64,000 nt of DNA from assembly GCA_002633005.1 (NCBI GenBank), contig NMRA01000155.1, positions 68,727-132,726 of the forward strand, given 5' to 3'. The notes under the pieces are model-generated. The model did no database searches, had not been told where the DNA came from, and worked only from the letters and a program-made list of their open reading frames with translations. Position numbers and translations under genes: made by a program. The DNA comes from Phoronis australis. Taxonomy: Eukaryota > Animalia > Phoronida. Shown piece by piece: positions 13,101-35,545 of this stretch. The stretch's first letter is position 1, and each line of letters begins with the position of its first letter.

Positions 13101-13539
13101 TTGAGGACCGTGATGTATTAGAAAGTTTGCTAAGCCCTTTTAAATAAATTCAATAGTAATAACAACAGCAACAATAAAATAATAATAATGATAATAATAA
13201 TAATTATTATAACAGTAATAATGATAATGGTTAACCAAATTCATGCCATATCAGCCCGGAGGATATACCTATAGAAGAGGTAGAAGAAAAGTGCCGCCTA
13301 AAAGGGTGCTTTTTCACAGACGGCAAAAACCTTGTCCAAAATGGCGCCATTTTTTATAAATACTATCTAAAAGCGTGCCTTTTCTGAACTTCTGGAACAG
13401 AACTGTGCAAAATGATGAATTACAAAATTTCTGCGAGCATTTGTCCGGACCGGTCTACCAAGGATTTTCGAAAGGTGCTTTAAATATGTTTAACTGCGCT
13501 AACCACAAGCACACCACATGTACAGTAGATTACATGTAC
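10132..13539. repeat. Tandem duplication (10132-11549 / 11551-13539) joined by a single N
   Basis: Both copies begin atagg.c.aggggtaacaaactgtg and end cagtagattacatgtac. Copy 2 has 544 extra bp (11840-12383). Both contain an (AAT)n microsatellite. Confidence 0.92.
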
Positions 13540-14071
13540 TGTACATGCAGAGTGCATTCTACGTGAATGACGTCATCCGATCCAACAGATGTACGGATCA
13601 CATGTACAGTACATTCTATGTGAAAGACGTCACAGGGACGACGCAGCACTGAAATAAGTGGGAGGCTATATATACCCCCAGCCCCCTGTGGTGCGCCACC
13701 AAGGTGACCATGCCTTATGGGCGGCGCAGCACTGAAATAAGTGCGGGTAGCCCCATGTGGTGCGCCACCCATGCGTCACCGGATCCAAAGAAGAGCTTTA
13801 AGTGGAACTCTTGCACGCTAATTTCTTATCTCTGTGATTAAATGGTCAAATTAGTTAGAAACACGATATATAGTGACAATGTCAATATGAAGTAGGTTGA
13901 AAATTGTCAAATGTTTTTTAATAACGTGTTTTGTCACCTACATATGTATTTGCGGATTTTTTTTTGTTTTCACCTTTGCAAGTTGTCAGTTAGTACAGCT
14001 CCACTTGTAGATGATGTTCAAATAACAATGTCGTTTAGTTCATACCATACATTAGCATACACTGTAGTTAG

Positions 14072-14391
14072 CAGGGGCGGATCCAGGATTTTGAGTTAGA
14101 GGGGCCAGGGCACAAGAGTAACCAGAATTTCGCCACACGCGCGCGCCCAGCCTACAATGTAGGGATACAGGGGTCTCGAATGTTTGGGTTTGTGGACCTT
14201 ATTACTAAAAAAGAAAAGATTGAAACGGGGTTTGTTCAAGGCCTATGCATTATGAATTCGCACCCCGAACCCCCTGTGTGCGCGCATGTGCTACTCAGCA
14301 CTTCGTACCCCTAACTCCCAACTGGTATCTGGAAGAACTTTAGGGGGGCCATGGCCCCCTTTGTCCCCCCCCCCCCCTAAATTTGTCACTG
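14072..14391. mobile_element. MITE family B (CAGGGGCGGAT/CAGTGGCGGAT termini, 5-bp TSD GTTAG)
   Basis: gttag|caggggcggatccagg...cctaaatttgtcactg|gttag; related to 47645-47799 and 63036-63199 in the opposite orientation. Confidence 0.8.
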
Positions 14392-16559
14392 GTTAGGAGC
14401 ATACAAATACCGTCTTTAAGAAGCCTGGGACGCAAAGATTGGACTGAATTGCAACATTCAAATTGGTTCTCTGCCACTGAAAAAGAATTCAAACTGGTCA
14501 CTAGTTATTTTTACAGTTTCTTCGTGAAGATTTTGAATTTCTGTTGATAACAAAGCATTTTTCTTTTAGTTTCAAATTTCAAAAAACAATTTGTCAACTG
14601 ATCGTCACCGTCGTCGATTTATCCCCTACAAGACAAAGCACGTCTCCTTATCTGGTATTGCAAGACATAAACGAAGCACAATTCCCTTATATGAAAAGTT
14701 TGAACTAAGACTTTTGGTGTAAACCAAAGAAATGCTACTTCAAGCAACAGCCACAGTCTATTTGTCGAAGTGACTGTGAGCGCATGCGCCCACTTATCAT
14801 AAGTGGGAGGGAGATTAGAAATTATGTGTTGACTATAGAATTTTTCCTTCTCGCGAAATCCAAAAATTGTGACTTTTGGGAGTTGTTCTAGGCATTTCTT
14901 GCAGGTGAAAGTGAATAACTCTGTAGTAGACGTTGCGAGATGCTACAGCTCGTCAGGAATACGTGTAGTTTATAATATATTTTGGTGAGCTTTCGCGTTC
15001 CATACCTCTTGTTGGTGGCTTCTATTTTAACCTATCGTCCGTCAAAAGATACCTTTCATTTCGGTCACATATCACGCCAAGAATTAGACGATGACGCTTG
15101 GCTTACATCAAAATCCAACTGCTGCATGGTGGTTTGGTAATTGGCCCAATTATGTTGCACACCCGGCAGAATTAATGACGAATGTATCATTGCAACAATA
15201 AACAAACGTTTTAGGTGGTAAAAGTCGGCATTTTTGTCCAATTTTCAAAATTCACAAACCTAACCATGTGAAGTATTCAAGTGTGCAATTAAAAAACTTT
15301 TGTCCCTCCAATGTGTTTATTATGATGGGTCTGGTTATGTAGATAACGATAAATCAGCAGCCTGAGGCTATTTTCTTAACCACATTAGGCACGGTCTTTG
15401 ATCAAAATCGGCAGAGTAGTACGCAAACCGATCGAGTTTCCCCAATTTCAATCGGTAAGACTGTTAACTTGAGATTCTTTTCATACTTTTTCAAATTGTA
15501 GGTTATTGCTCAGTTTGGAAAAAATTGCAGTTGTGTATTGCTCAACTTATCATGGAGGGGGGTAATTTTTATGTGCCCTGCATAATGGTCTCAAGAAAAT
15601 AACGACTGTCAGTTCTTCCAGTTTTACACTGTCTGTCGTCTAAAAAACGAACAAGTGGAGACCAGATTCATAGCAGCCAGTGTTCTAAATCTAAAATTAA
15701 ACGATTTTATGACCTGGAGAAAGGAATCGCTACTTGGAAAATGTTTGCACTTTGCTCTTGGAAGTTGACGGATTATCGAATCTCGATTGCCCGAAGCCGC
15801 AGCTAGAAACACACGTCAACTTGTAGGATGCAGGGTGAAAGCGCATGCGTGAGTATCTTCCGCGTCAAACAATTAAAATGATATCGTAACAACACAACGA
15901 ATTTTGTTGTTTTAGGGATGACGGATCATGGCAATAGATGACGCAATTTGCCCGGAAATAAGAATGACGTCACATTGGGTCCAAAATATCCTAATGACTT
16001 CAAAATGACGTCAAGCTAAATTATACATTCCTGTAGCGGCCCTGATCAAAGGTAATCAGTTGAAGAAGACTATTCCATCCTAAGACTTTTGGCCGTAAAA
16101 TCGATAATGTACCTCTACTAGAAACCTTATCTATTCGGCATTTTGGACCTTAGGCCGTGGGCGCCGTAGAGTAGACCACAGAAGCCTTATGCATGTAAAA
16201 CAGTATCAGGTTTGGCCACTGCCATTCCCAAAAATGAAACGACAAAACTTTTCACATGTATAGTGCACTACCACCAGACCTTACACTTGAATCTCAGTTA
16301 GCATCATCAGTGACTATACGAAACATGACAAATGGTTCCACTGCACGCTAACATAACCTGTAAAGACCTACATGTACATGTAAGTCCTATGGCAAGAATA
16401 ACCTGTTGACAGAAGTTCATCAGTCTGGCATTGTAGGCCTACAGTATGAATGTTATCGAGAACGTTTTGCCGTTTTACTACTGTACACTTGAACCTTCCG
16501 TGACCATTTTGGGTGACATTTTTGTTTTCATCATTTTGAATTTCATAATACCCCGCATT

Positions 16560-16795
16560 CCTATTTAGCCTAGTCATATTGGCACGACGTTTCTGTCGGT
16601 CATGTCACCTGCCAGTGATCTTTAAGTGTGTTTTTATAACCAGGACGCGCACGGGTGCATCTGTATTGTACACTCACGTTGGTCAATGACGAGCACTTTT
16701 TTCTTGGCGCAGCTGAGATTGAACCAGGGACCTTTAGATTGACAGCCCAGAACTCGGCAGTACACCGCCGAGTCATCCAATTGAGTACTGGACTG
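16560..16795 (-). mobile_element. tRNA-derived SINE (degenerate)
   Basis: Minus strand reads ...ctgtcaatctaaaggtccctGGTTCAATCtcagc (B-box at 16717-16725) followed by a non-tRNA body; no complete cloverleaf. Confidence 0.5.
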
Positions 16796-18147
16796 AGAAC
16801 CTAGAATTTATCTCAGGGGGAAAAGCACATGTTGAAGAAAATATGTTTGAAGAAAAACACTGAGAAAGCCTGTAGAATTTGATTTTCGGCTTTATACAAA
16901 TCTGTCGTTGATTGGACCCGGTAGTGTGTCAATATAATAAACTTTGGCAAAAAAGAAATGTGCAATCATTGGAATAATCGAGTTCAATATGGTGCTCGTG
17001 CTTCACTTGAACATGTTCTGGGGTTCTTTAGACTAGTACGAAATGTAACCTACTTCGCTTGGAGAATAGCGTCCCATTTATAAAGAGGAACGGGTAATTG
17101 TCCCAAGTCGCTCCTCCAAGACAAGGAGGGGGCGTTTGAGCAATGTATGACCGCAAGAGGTAAAAATCTTTGATACAGAAGGTCGTGCTATTTCAAAAAT
17201 CCGGGTGAGGAGAACCCCCTCCATGAGCTGCATAGCTACTTATAAAAAGTGTTGGGTCATGGCTGCTACCTGACCAACGCCGCACACACATCCTAGGGCC
17301 GGACCAACACGGGCACTAAGGCCGGTGGTGCAGCAATCGAAACCAACGGCTGGTGCCGGAGCAGTGTTCGACGTGTCAACTTTAATCGCACAAAGTCCAT
17401 AGATTCGCTATATAGTACCCGGAAACGCTCTTCCTCAAAAAATACTCAAGCCCCACCCGCGGCCTCGGGGCAAACTGATGCCCCGTGTGCCATGGCGATG
17501 CCCTGCACTGTTACAAGGGAACATCACCGAGTCAAATTGGGGAAAAGCGAAGACCTGGAGAATCCAGCCACCAGGAAATACCAATCTGTAGGTCCGCTTA
17601 AAAACAAGCAACAAAAACTTTTTTGTTCGCCCATAGCTATTTCTCAAAGTGGATGAAAGATCCCTTCTAGGTAAGCTACAATTCTGGAGTCAAACTCGAA
17701 TGGCGCTCTAATTAAAACAATGCGCATGTGAAAGTAACACAATTGATTTAACTTGTGCACCAAAGTGTTAAGCGCAGTGAATGCCAAAATACATGTATCC
17801 GTCGGTAATTTATCCCGGTGAAATCATATAAACACTGTCGGCTTAAGAATGTTTGATTAGGCAAATGAACGTCACAAAAACATTTGAGTGAAAAATTCTT
17901 CTAATGGAGTCCTGAATAGGGTAAGTCTGAAAAGGTGAAATAAAACACTCGTTGCTATTTATTTGGGACAATGACAAGATCGGAAACACGAATGAGCACG
18001 CGAAACTTTATCATGATAAGTTACTAACAAGACCAACATGCTCCACAAACAATGGCTATTGTTACCATGATGGTATTCCAATTTATCAATGGCTGACAAC
18101 GCTAGAGATCAACATTTGCCTAATAACCGCACCCAAACTTGTTTAAT

Positions 18148-18278
18148 CATGCGCGCACCCAGGGGGTCTCGAGTCCCCCCCCNNNTTTTAATTCAGTCCT
18201 CCCGACGTTTTGTCAGGAAATGGTCCACAACGACCGAAGTTCGAGCCCTTCCCACCTTCAAGGTTGGGTGCGCGCATG
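18148..18278. mobile_element. MITE family A short variant, perfect 5-bp TSD TTAAT
   Basis: ttaat|catgcgcgcacccaggggg...gggtgcgcgcatg|ttaat. Confidence 0.8.
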
Positions 18279-19592
18279 TTAATACAGTACGTGGTTTGTA
18301 ATTCACGACAAATGATATAAACGTTTACGCAACATCGTTTCCCAGTCAATACATGTACACTGTATCTCGGAGAGATGAGCCACTACATAATTATTGCCTT
18401 TCAACAACGAGGTTTTCAGACCTAAAAAATTGTGATCATTACCGAGGTGTAGCCGAGGTCATGTGAGGGTCAGAAAACCAAAATATTGACCGAATGTTTA
18501 AGTCCTTTTATTTGATTGCATCCGCAAAGGAACTGTCGATTATACTTTGAGAAAGACGCCAGGCGTGCTTCGCATATATTCAAGTTGTTTTAATGCAAAA
18601 CAATCGGCAAAAGCTAGTCAGTGACTGGACTGCGTGTCTGCACGCAGAGCGGGCAGGCGCTATATTCTGCGCAAATAACGTGCATTCACTACTTGAACAC
18701 TTTGGTGGTGGTGCAAAAAATGATTGTTGTGCATAGTTTTTTAGAACACAATGCCTCGTTTAAGCATCAACTTAAACAACGCAAACGTGAAATACCGCGT
18801 GCTTCAAACATGCAGAACCATTTGTAGTTTGGACACAGCACCTCGTTTTCAAAAATAATGGTGAGTTCGGGCAAGTAGTGGATGGTCTCCTCAACAATAT
18901 TTAAATCACGTTAAAATACGAAGACTGTCAACTGGCACTGGCCTACCCGGCAGAAGTACTCTGAATCAACAGCAGGCGAGAGGGCCGCACTGAATGCAAT
19001 TTGGGCAAAGATGATCTTGGGTAGGCACTAAGCGATGAACGGAGCAAACCCAAAACTAAAATAAGTTTTGACCTTTTTTACAAACAGACAGAATCCTTAG
19101 AAGATAATATTCTTCTTTGCAAAGTTTTGGTGGAAGCTCTCCGTACTTCATACATGCAAAAATGTTGAAAAAGTACTTATTTCAAGGTACCTATCTCGAC
19201 CAGATTTCGTTGATGCAATTGAATTGTGGACCAGACTTAAAAGCCATTGTATACATACAGTAGCACTTTCTAACAGACATGGTGTTGCCTAAGAGTAACC
19301 TTCAATGTGTCAAAGGCATTGGAGGTCTTTGTAAATACAGTCTACACTGAGTTTTCGTGAACGAATTTTTGGTAGATTTGGAGCACTGTCCACACAGTCT
19401 GTTTGTCCCGTACAAACTTCCTTTAGGCCACGTTAGCTCGAAAAATCTTGTAGAATCACCAGTTTCACCCCAGGGATTAATGCTATATACAGAACTCTTG
19501 TGTTGGAGAGGCTAAACAGACACAAAATGACCTCAGCTAATGTCAGTAACATACGAAAATTACTATAATTCTGTTCGTAATCATTTTTTCTT

Positions 19593-19631
19593 TTTATTAT
19601 AAACAAAATAGTAGTTTATTAAATTTTTATT
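19593..19631 (-). terminator. Candidate polyadenylation signals of TMEM208 (~1.5-kb 3' UTR)
   Basis: Three AATAAA hexamers on the minus strand (tttatt at 19593, 19615, 19626) downstream of the stop at 21151. Confidence 0.4.
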
Positions 19632-21150
19632 AGCCTTATGTGAAATACAAGTGACCTGAACAATCCATTACATGAATGTCAAAAAGTACAAATCTGAACT
19701 GAAGACTGGTACTGCAATAGAGTATTCTTTTACCCTCCAAAACCCTCAGAAGTTTGGCGGAAAATTTGCCAAAGTCTGCCAAAGGAGCATGACGCTTTTG
19801 GCAAATATACATGGCAACTGTGTGAAAGACCGCTCACCAAGAACCATAATATCCAGTTTGTGAGCTAGGGAGTATGAGTTTTTAGTCGATTCCTGCCTTT
19901 ATTTTTCACCAATAATACCAAGGATGCATAAACAGGAGACAGACAAGGATTCGTTGAAGTCATCAAAACAGGGTTAAGTATGCTTTTAACATTACTGGTA
20001 GTATTCATTGCAGTACAACACCAGCAGTGTCAAATGGTGTTTTAATACAACAGAGCAATCAATCAACATCTGGGTAATGAATTGATCAATCATGCAGATG
20101 TCCTGGGGGCCCAAAATAAAAGTGTATAAATTGGAAAGTAGATGATATCCGAGCTACAATTCAAGCATGACAAGACTTGAGGCAACAGGGTACACAACAC
20201 AATCAGGCAAACTAATATAAGGAATGGCAAAGATACCCAGCCTTGTCATTCTTGAAATTTAGCAACTAATCCATACTCGCCAACTGTCATGTTTTTTGAG
20301 GGTTCGTAATACCATACTCTCACATCATCAAAATGTCCCTCTTTGTAACTGAGTGCAACAGAAACGGTTCTGTCACCTTTTTAGGGGTTACGTCACCCGT
20401 AATTTCATGTACAAGCAAAAATGTTCTGAAGGATTTCATTCTAGAACGTTGCCAACTGTGTTGATAGCTGACATATTTACCTTTTAAATTAGGAGAGCAT
20501 GAGAGAATAAGCAAGGTGATAAAGTGGACAAGAATTGGATGAAGTAGAGCACTGTTGAGTAAGATTCAGGTATATCCCAAATAAAAGTATTCACCAGCTA
20601 AAAACTATGGTCTACAATACAGACAAGGGTGCATCTCATTAATAGCATTACGAAGAGAGTGCAGGGAGTCTAAATTGGAGAGAATGTTTTGGACATGGTT
20701 AAACAACTGAGAATGTATGAGAAACAACTCAATCAGAGCTGCACTTTGCCCTGTTTAGCTGACAACAAAATGAAAAATAGAATTAGACTTTTTTACTCCA
20801 AGTAAAATCAATCTCCAAAATAAATATTCCTTGCATTTCCATTACCACAAAAATATGAAAATTATCACTGACTCAAGACAATGCTTGAGTGTTCATTGGG
20901 GTTGGCCAACCATAAAAGTGAGAATTCAAAAATGGCGCATGCACGCATTTCTTGTGACTTGAGCCAGTAACAGAAATAAAATCCTAAAATCGTAAGCAAT
21001 ATTATGAGACTAAAGAGATCAAAGGACTAATTTGATTTCCGTATTTTTACCAGCTAAACAGGATGAAAGTCAACATTAGCAAACAATTAATGAGGACAAC
21101 AACAGATATTGTTCCCTGAAATATCACAATTATTCAATACATTTCAACAG

Positions 21151-29550
<8,400 letters not shown>

Positions 29551-31592
29551 TATGGGTTCTGCAATCAGAAATATGCCCCAACCTCGGGGATGAACCAAGG
29601 AACACCAAACAGCTGTGCAGTAGACGTACCGCGGACGGAACAGACAGACAAATTGATTCATATGCAGCGTCCTCTTTCGGTATTTATTGCTTCTACAACT
29701 AGACTAGCCCGGCTGCCGGAGTTTTCTGCAGAATGGATAATATATTTACCTCTTTGTTTCTGCGGACAATCAACACTGTTGCCAGCGCGCAAACTGATAC
29801 CTGGAGAGACAACACGCACCATAGTCAAATCTGGAATGAGTTTAGGAAAAATCGGCTTGTTTCCGCCGATCGAGGCGGGCACTCCCTTGGGCTCCGGTCA
29901 GTGACCAAGGGCACTCTGAAACGTGCCAACTTTTGTAGTGTAAACTGCACTTTCGTTGTAATGATAGTCATTCGAGTGATTTCGTGATCCCAATATATGT
30001 CGTGCGAGAATAAACACTTTTACGACAAAGCTTATTACATGTGTACTTTAGAACAAGTCCATCGGCTTTTCAAAGCATGCAAATGACTGTTGGAGTTACC
30101 CGAAACTTGTACTCCTCATCGGATTTTCCAAGAATGCAAACAGTTACCGAAAATACATGTACGCGCCCATGGGCGTACTTTTACATTTTTTCCCGAATAT
30201 ACGCCCACGGGACATATTTTTGAAAATTCCGACTGTCTTGACATGCCTGCAAGCCAATGAGCATATTAACATATATTGGGAACAGGATGGAAATGTTCTA
30301 CCAACGTACAGTACAATGTTTGATCTTTCTTCAGTTACTGGCATTATTATAGTTGAAAGGAAAATAAATAAGTTAACAGCGGTGTGTGCGGCCAATTGAA
30401 AGTTTGACTCACCTTTTATAGGAATCGCCAGCAGTCACTTCAGATTACTGAATACACGCTCACTGAAATTCATATCAGGGCCCTTTGTTTTAAAGGTGTT
30501 GGGTCTGTCTCGAGAAACAACAAATTAGGGAAATATTTAGGAAGCACTCGTGTAAGACAATTTCTTCCTTAAATAGACCTGATCTTTTAAATAAGTCTAG
30601 GGAATTCCCATATTTGGAAGCACGCGGGGTTTATAAACTTTGCCGTGGAATGTTTACGTCCTCTTGAAGTGGTGTTATCTTTAAAGAAACAATAATCAAA
30701 GCTATTTCTACGGATGTTATCGCTCTAACTTGTTTTACGTTACACCGTGTAATTATTTCTGTTTCACATTATGCATCCATATCACAGGTCATAATCTTGT
30801 TCTTAATATCAAAAGCTCTGCAGGTGAATTCTTGGAAATTTATGTTTGTTTAGCTGAAAAACATAATGTGATCGATATTCTGCGCTTCGCATGGTCTTGT
30901 TGCAGGTATCTTTGGTCTAATTATTGTATACATTTTGCGTTGTTTCGTTCCTCTAACCCAGTTTGTTTTGTTATCTACCTGATTCTTTTGTTAGGCAGTT
31001 GCCACAAAGTTGTTTTTTAACTCTTGTTATTTATCCATAACCTTGCTAGCTTTTTTATGTTTCCGTTTTCTAATTCTCACTTACGCCACGCATGCCACAT
31101 TATTATTTTGTATCCAGTTTTCCACCATTCGCCAATTGTGAGCTAATTAAAACCTGGCAGTTGTTTCAACACATGGGCAAACATACCCAGTACCTCTCCA
31201 ATATAGCGCTAGGAGTCAAGGGTGGAAGCCGATACTCAGTTTTCCTAGACAGGTATATTGGTTAGTGAAAGCCAAAGCGGAAAAAATCCAGGACAAAAAT
31301 TTTCTGTTCAAGACTAAACTGAATTTTCTCCAGGACCAAAAATATACTCAAAACCGAAAATGATCGATCGCGCCAGGGCCTTTAATTTATAACGTAAGGA
31401 CCAAAGTTTAACACGTCAGGACTAAAATTTATCACGCCAGGGAACAAAATTTGTTATGTCAGGAAAATTTCACACATGAGAAAAATTTGACGTCGGGGAA
31501 ATTTCATTCCAGGAGACTGCGTGACCATCCACCACCAAGCATTTGGAGTCAAGGTTGGAAGCCGTATGTGTATTGGTCTCTGCCGTCATTAT

Positions 31593-32499
31593 CAGCCGAT
31601 TTCATGAAGGTGGTTTAACAAAACCAGGTTAAATTAAAATTAGACCAGGTTTAGGAAGACCAGGTTTAAGTCTTAAACCTGGTCTTCCTAAACCTGGTCT
31701 AATTTTAGTAGTTGGACGATTTTGACGAATCAAAAACTAAATATGATCAGCATTTGACTAGGAATTCAGACATGCTATTGGTTTATGTTCAAATATGTTA
31801 TAACTTAACTTTTGTCTTTAATAGCTAGCACAGTCCAGTCAGGCTAGATACGATCTTATTGGAGATTAGAGCAATTATCGAACAAAAGTGAGCTGTCCTT
31901 CCAACCATAAATGCCAGAATGGATTTAATCAGTCGTGTAAGGTATTAATTTGGCTATAGGGGTCATCTTCCCAACTTGTTGTTGGGCTATAGAATCCAAC
32001 AAGTTGGGATCAACGGGCAAACGCCGTAATGCTTGATTTTAGTGATATCAAATCTATAATTTTCAAATTGTTGACTTGGTCCCCCTTTTAAAAAATCCTG
32101 AATCCGCCCCTGCTACGTTTGATCTTGTGTCGTCGTAAAACTGAATATTGAAAATAGTCCATTCTTGCTCTAAAACTGCGTCGTAAATGCACACCGCGGC
32201 ATCATTCAGTTGCACCTACATGTACATCATGCAAGTCTGACATATTTTAAATCAGTATTGAACCTGGGTTTGACCCAAGTCCAAAGTTAAACCTGGTTTC
32301 AGATCTTAATGCAGGTCTAAGGAAAATAGACCTCGTTGGTGTAATGAAAACTGACTTGGACCAGGACTAAACTGGAGTTAAACCAGGTTTTTCTAGAGTT
32401 AAGTTAAACCACCTTTATGAAATGCAGATTATCTTTAAACCTGGTCTAAGTCCAGTTTAAACCAGGTTTAACTTTAAACCACCTTTATGAAATCGTCTG
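31593..32499. mobile_element. TIR element built from (AAACCAGGTTT)-like palindromic subrepeats (Harbinger-like MITE)
   Basis: Left cagccgatttcatgaaggtggtttaa pairs with right ttaaaccacctttatgaaatcgtctg. Many accaggtt/aacctggt units. Nested 3' end of a family-B MITE at ~32093-32112. Confidence 0.7.
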
Positions 32500-35400
32500 C
32501 ATATGGATAAGTGTTAGCCCCAGTCACTCGCTCTTGCAACCGACACGGAAGGCCGCATGACTAAATGAAACGTCAGAACAGTTTCAAACTGATGTTTAGA
32601 AAGTGTGCAATTAATAAGAAAACCCCAAAAGTAAAAAACGTGGCAACTTTGCCATAGGCCCCACACGTGATCATATTGAGTAATAGCCTACAAAACCGAA
32701 ATGTGACAAAAGCATTTATTTATTTATTATTTATTTATTAATGTAACATTTACAATGAGGGCAGTACATGATTTTTCAAGATATCTTCTTCTTGAATTAC
32801 TGAATAATTGTCCGAAATTACCCCCACCGATCTCAGAAAAAAAGTTGTTCCCATCTACTAAGTCAGCTAACGTACGTTATAGAATTACACTGTACGTGTC
32901 AGTTAACAGAATTACATAAGTATGCGCAAAGTGCCTTATGCCCACATCTCCTTGTTCCCTTTGTGGAGTGCGGCGCTTACATGAACCAGCTCAGGTAGCG
33001 AAATGTCAGACTTGTCGTGGACTGTTATTTTATGCCCCAGGCACGGACTCAAGGAATACCGAAATATTAGTTTATCATAAGATCTATCAGCTTCTTGGCC
33101 TCTGACGCGAGCTATCATATCCATTCTATTTACACGGATCTTCACGTGGAGCTAAAAATAGCTCTGCAGGTCAAGTCACCTCAGATAACTGTGGGCCTCA
33201 GGGCATCGTGTTCTAAATCCTACTACCAGATATAGTATAACCTGTGATTGCCAGGAAGCCACTGATGCACTTAATACATGGAGCGGAGCTACAAGTAGCA
33301 GGGGGAGACGGATTGTCTGACTTGGTGTCTCGGATGGAAGCAGTATAACCTCTTAACAGGCAATTCCCCTTTAGAACCCATGTTGCCATTGCGCATTAGG
33401 CATCAGAGTGGTCAAACTCTAACAGTTTATCTAAATTATAGTACACACCCTGAAACTCCCAATTAGACGCGTGCACTAAAACCACTAATCTGCTTTTAAT
33501 AAAAACTAAAATAGGGCAAATCTTGAGTGTAAAGGCATTTTTTTCAAAGAGCAACAGGGAAAAGTCATTTTATTTAAACACCACAAAATGAAATAATAAC
33601 AACTTCAGAGAGCACAATCATGCACATATAGCTAGAAATGACGCTTTGATCCTAATGATAAAAATTTTCGCACAAAAATAAAATGGCATATTATGCCACC
33701 TAACAGCATATCACTGTTAAAGAGAAGAGTTATATTAGTAGCTATTTAAAATACTGTGAGGTCACACATAAGAATTAGTGAGATACACCATTGTCCGTTA
33801 TACACACGCTAACTATTATCAGGACAACTAACTCTCGAGTAATTGTTTTTGTGGTCAAGATCAACTGGCAGTACGAAATTCGTTAATCATGTCCACAAAC
33901 TTTCCAGTGGCCTCCAGAGGGCCCTAGTCGCACAGAAATTCCTCTTAACAAACATGACCTACTGGAACTACAGCTAGTGAACAAGTGATCCCTGATCACC
34001 AAATTACAATACACAATAGACAAACCTGTTACTGAAACAGGACTACCACAGCCATACAGAAACTATAAGATAAACATCAATTTAAACTCTTGTTACTAAA
34101 ACAAAAAATGAAAGACCCAGTTAGCTAATAATAAAATTAAATAGCTGACATTTGCCAAATACATAATTATACACAGACAGTCAACAAAATATTTGTTCAT
34201 ATTTTCAGATAGAAGTAAACAAACCCTAGATCAGCATTTTAATTTTTGTAACCAGAAAATAAGCTTTTTTCATAAAATGCAATTTTGAAATGTCGCAAAA
34301 AATCAATTTAATCACAAACTATAAGGGGACTTTTACATTATAATCTAAATGATGAAACTCTTTCCTAGCTTGTTATGTTCTTATCAAAAACACATTCATC
34401 ACCATGTGTTTTTGCAAGACATTTAGTCCTACACAACTCACCTGAATGTGTGTTGTAAAAGTGTATATAACTTAATCATCTACACAACAAAAACAACAGT
34501 AGATGTCTCTAGAAGCATACCAGAAATTTAAGCAAAACTCAATTTTAAAATCTCCAGTTACCAACAAGAAGAATTACACAGAATAGCTACAACATAATTT
34601 TGCCAAACACTCATCTATCTGAGCAGCTTAGGTGGATGACAAAAAGTTTGGCAAGAATTGTACTGCCCACTCAAATGACAGCATGAGACAGGCTCCCCTA
34701 CAATATGGCAAACACTGACATTTAGCGATAGTGTACCAGAACAGTAGGGACAATTCAAATTTTGAACAATATGTTAAGTTTGTATGCCCAAAACTAATTA
34801 ACCACCTGATTACATTTATACTATTAGAAGGCTCCAAATGTTGCAGAACACACTTATTGACTAGGTTTGCATTCATGCAAGAGCAACGCTGGGGCATTGA
34901 CATACGCCCACAGTGCATAGCAAGCCTTATGTTTCCAGTGGTTAATAAGGTGCTGCAGTAGTCTAATATCCCCAAAAATAACATGATGTCAGTGGGTTGT
35001 CATCACACACCTCTCGGTCACTTTTCACTGAAATCTAACAATTGGTTTTCTAGATATTGTCCGGATTCAAGACAATCCTCCGTTTGACTCGATTGATGTC
35101 ACTTCAACTTATGCAAAACCTGATCACCCAAATATTCAATTGACAAAGTCACCTCAAAGGAAAAACTGTCTATTTAGATACTGTATGACTGACCACACAA
35201 AAAATAAGCTATCCAGGGCTCACCTCACCTGAGGGGGATAGGGATACTTTTGTCATGCAAGCACAACTGGGGCTCATTACTTAATCCTTACTAGTGAACA
35301 CGGTTAAAAAAAAAACAAAATGCACTTAAAGCTTCAGCTCAACACATCTTCACAGTGCTCAAGACAGAAGACACTGAGATTGGCTTTTAAACAGATTTTG

Positions 35401-35545
35401 ACAAATGCACCAAGACCTTTAACTTACAACCAACTTCAGCTTAATACTTAAAAATTTCATGTTGCCTTTTCAACAACTCTAAGACTTGCACTTGAAAACT
35501 TTACCAAGTTCTTTGTCATCTCCACCAATCCCAGTCCTCTCGCAA

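Noticed and set aside
32700-33400. Possible LINE remnant ((TTTA)n tail plus a stop-riddled minus-strand frame)
   Set aside because: No RT or endonuclease motif recognisable; too decayed to call.
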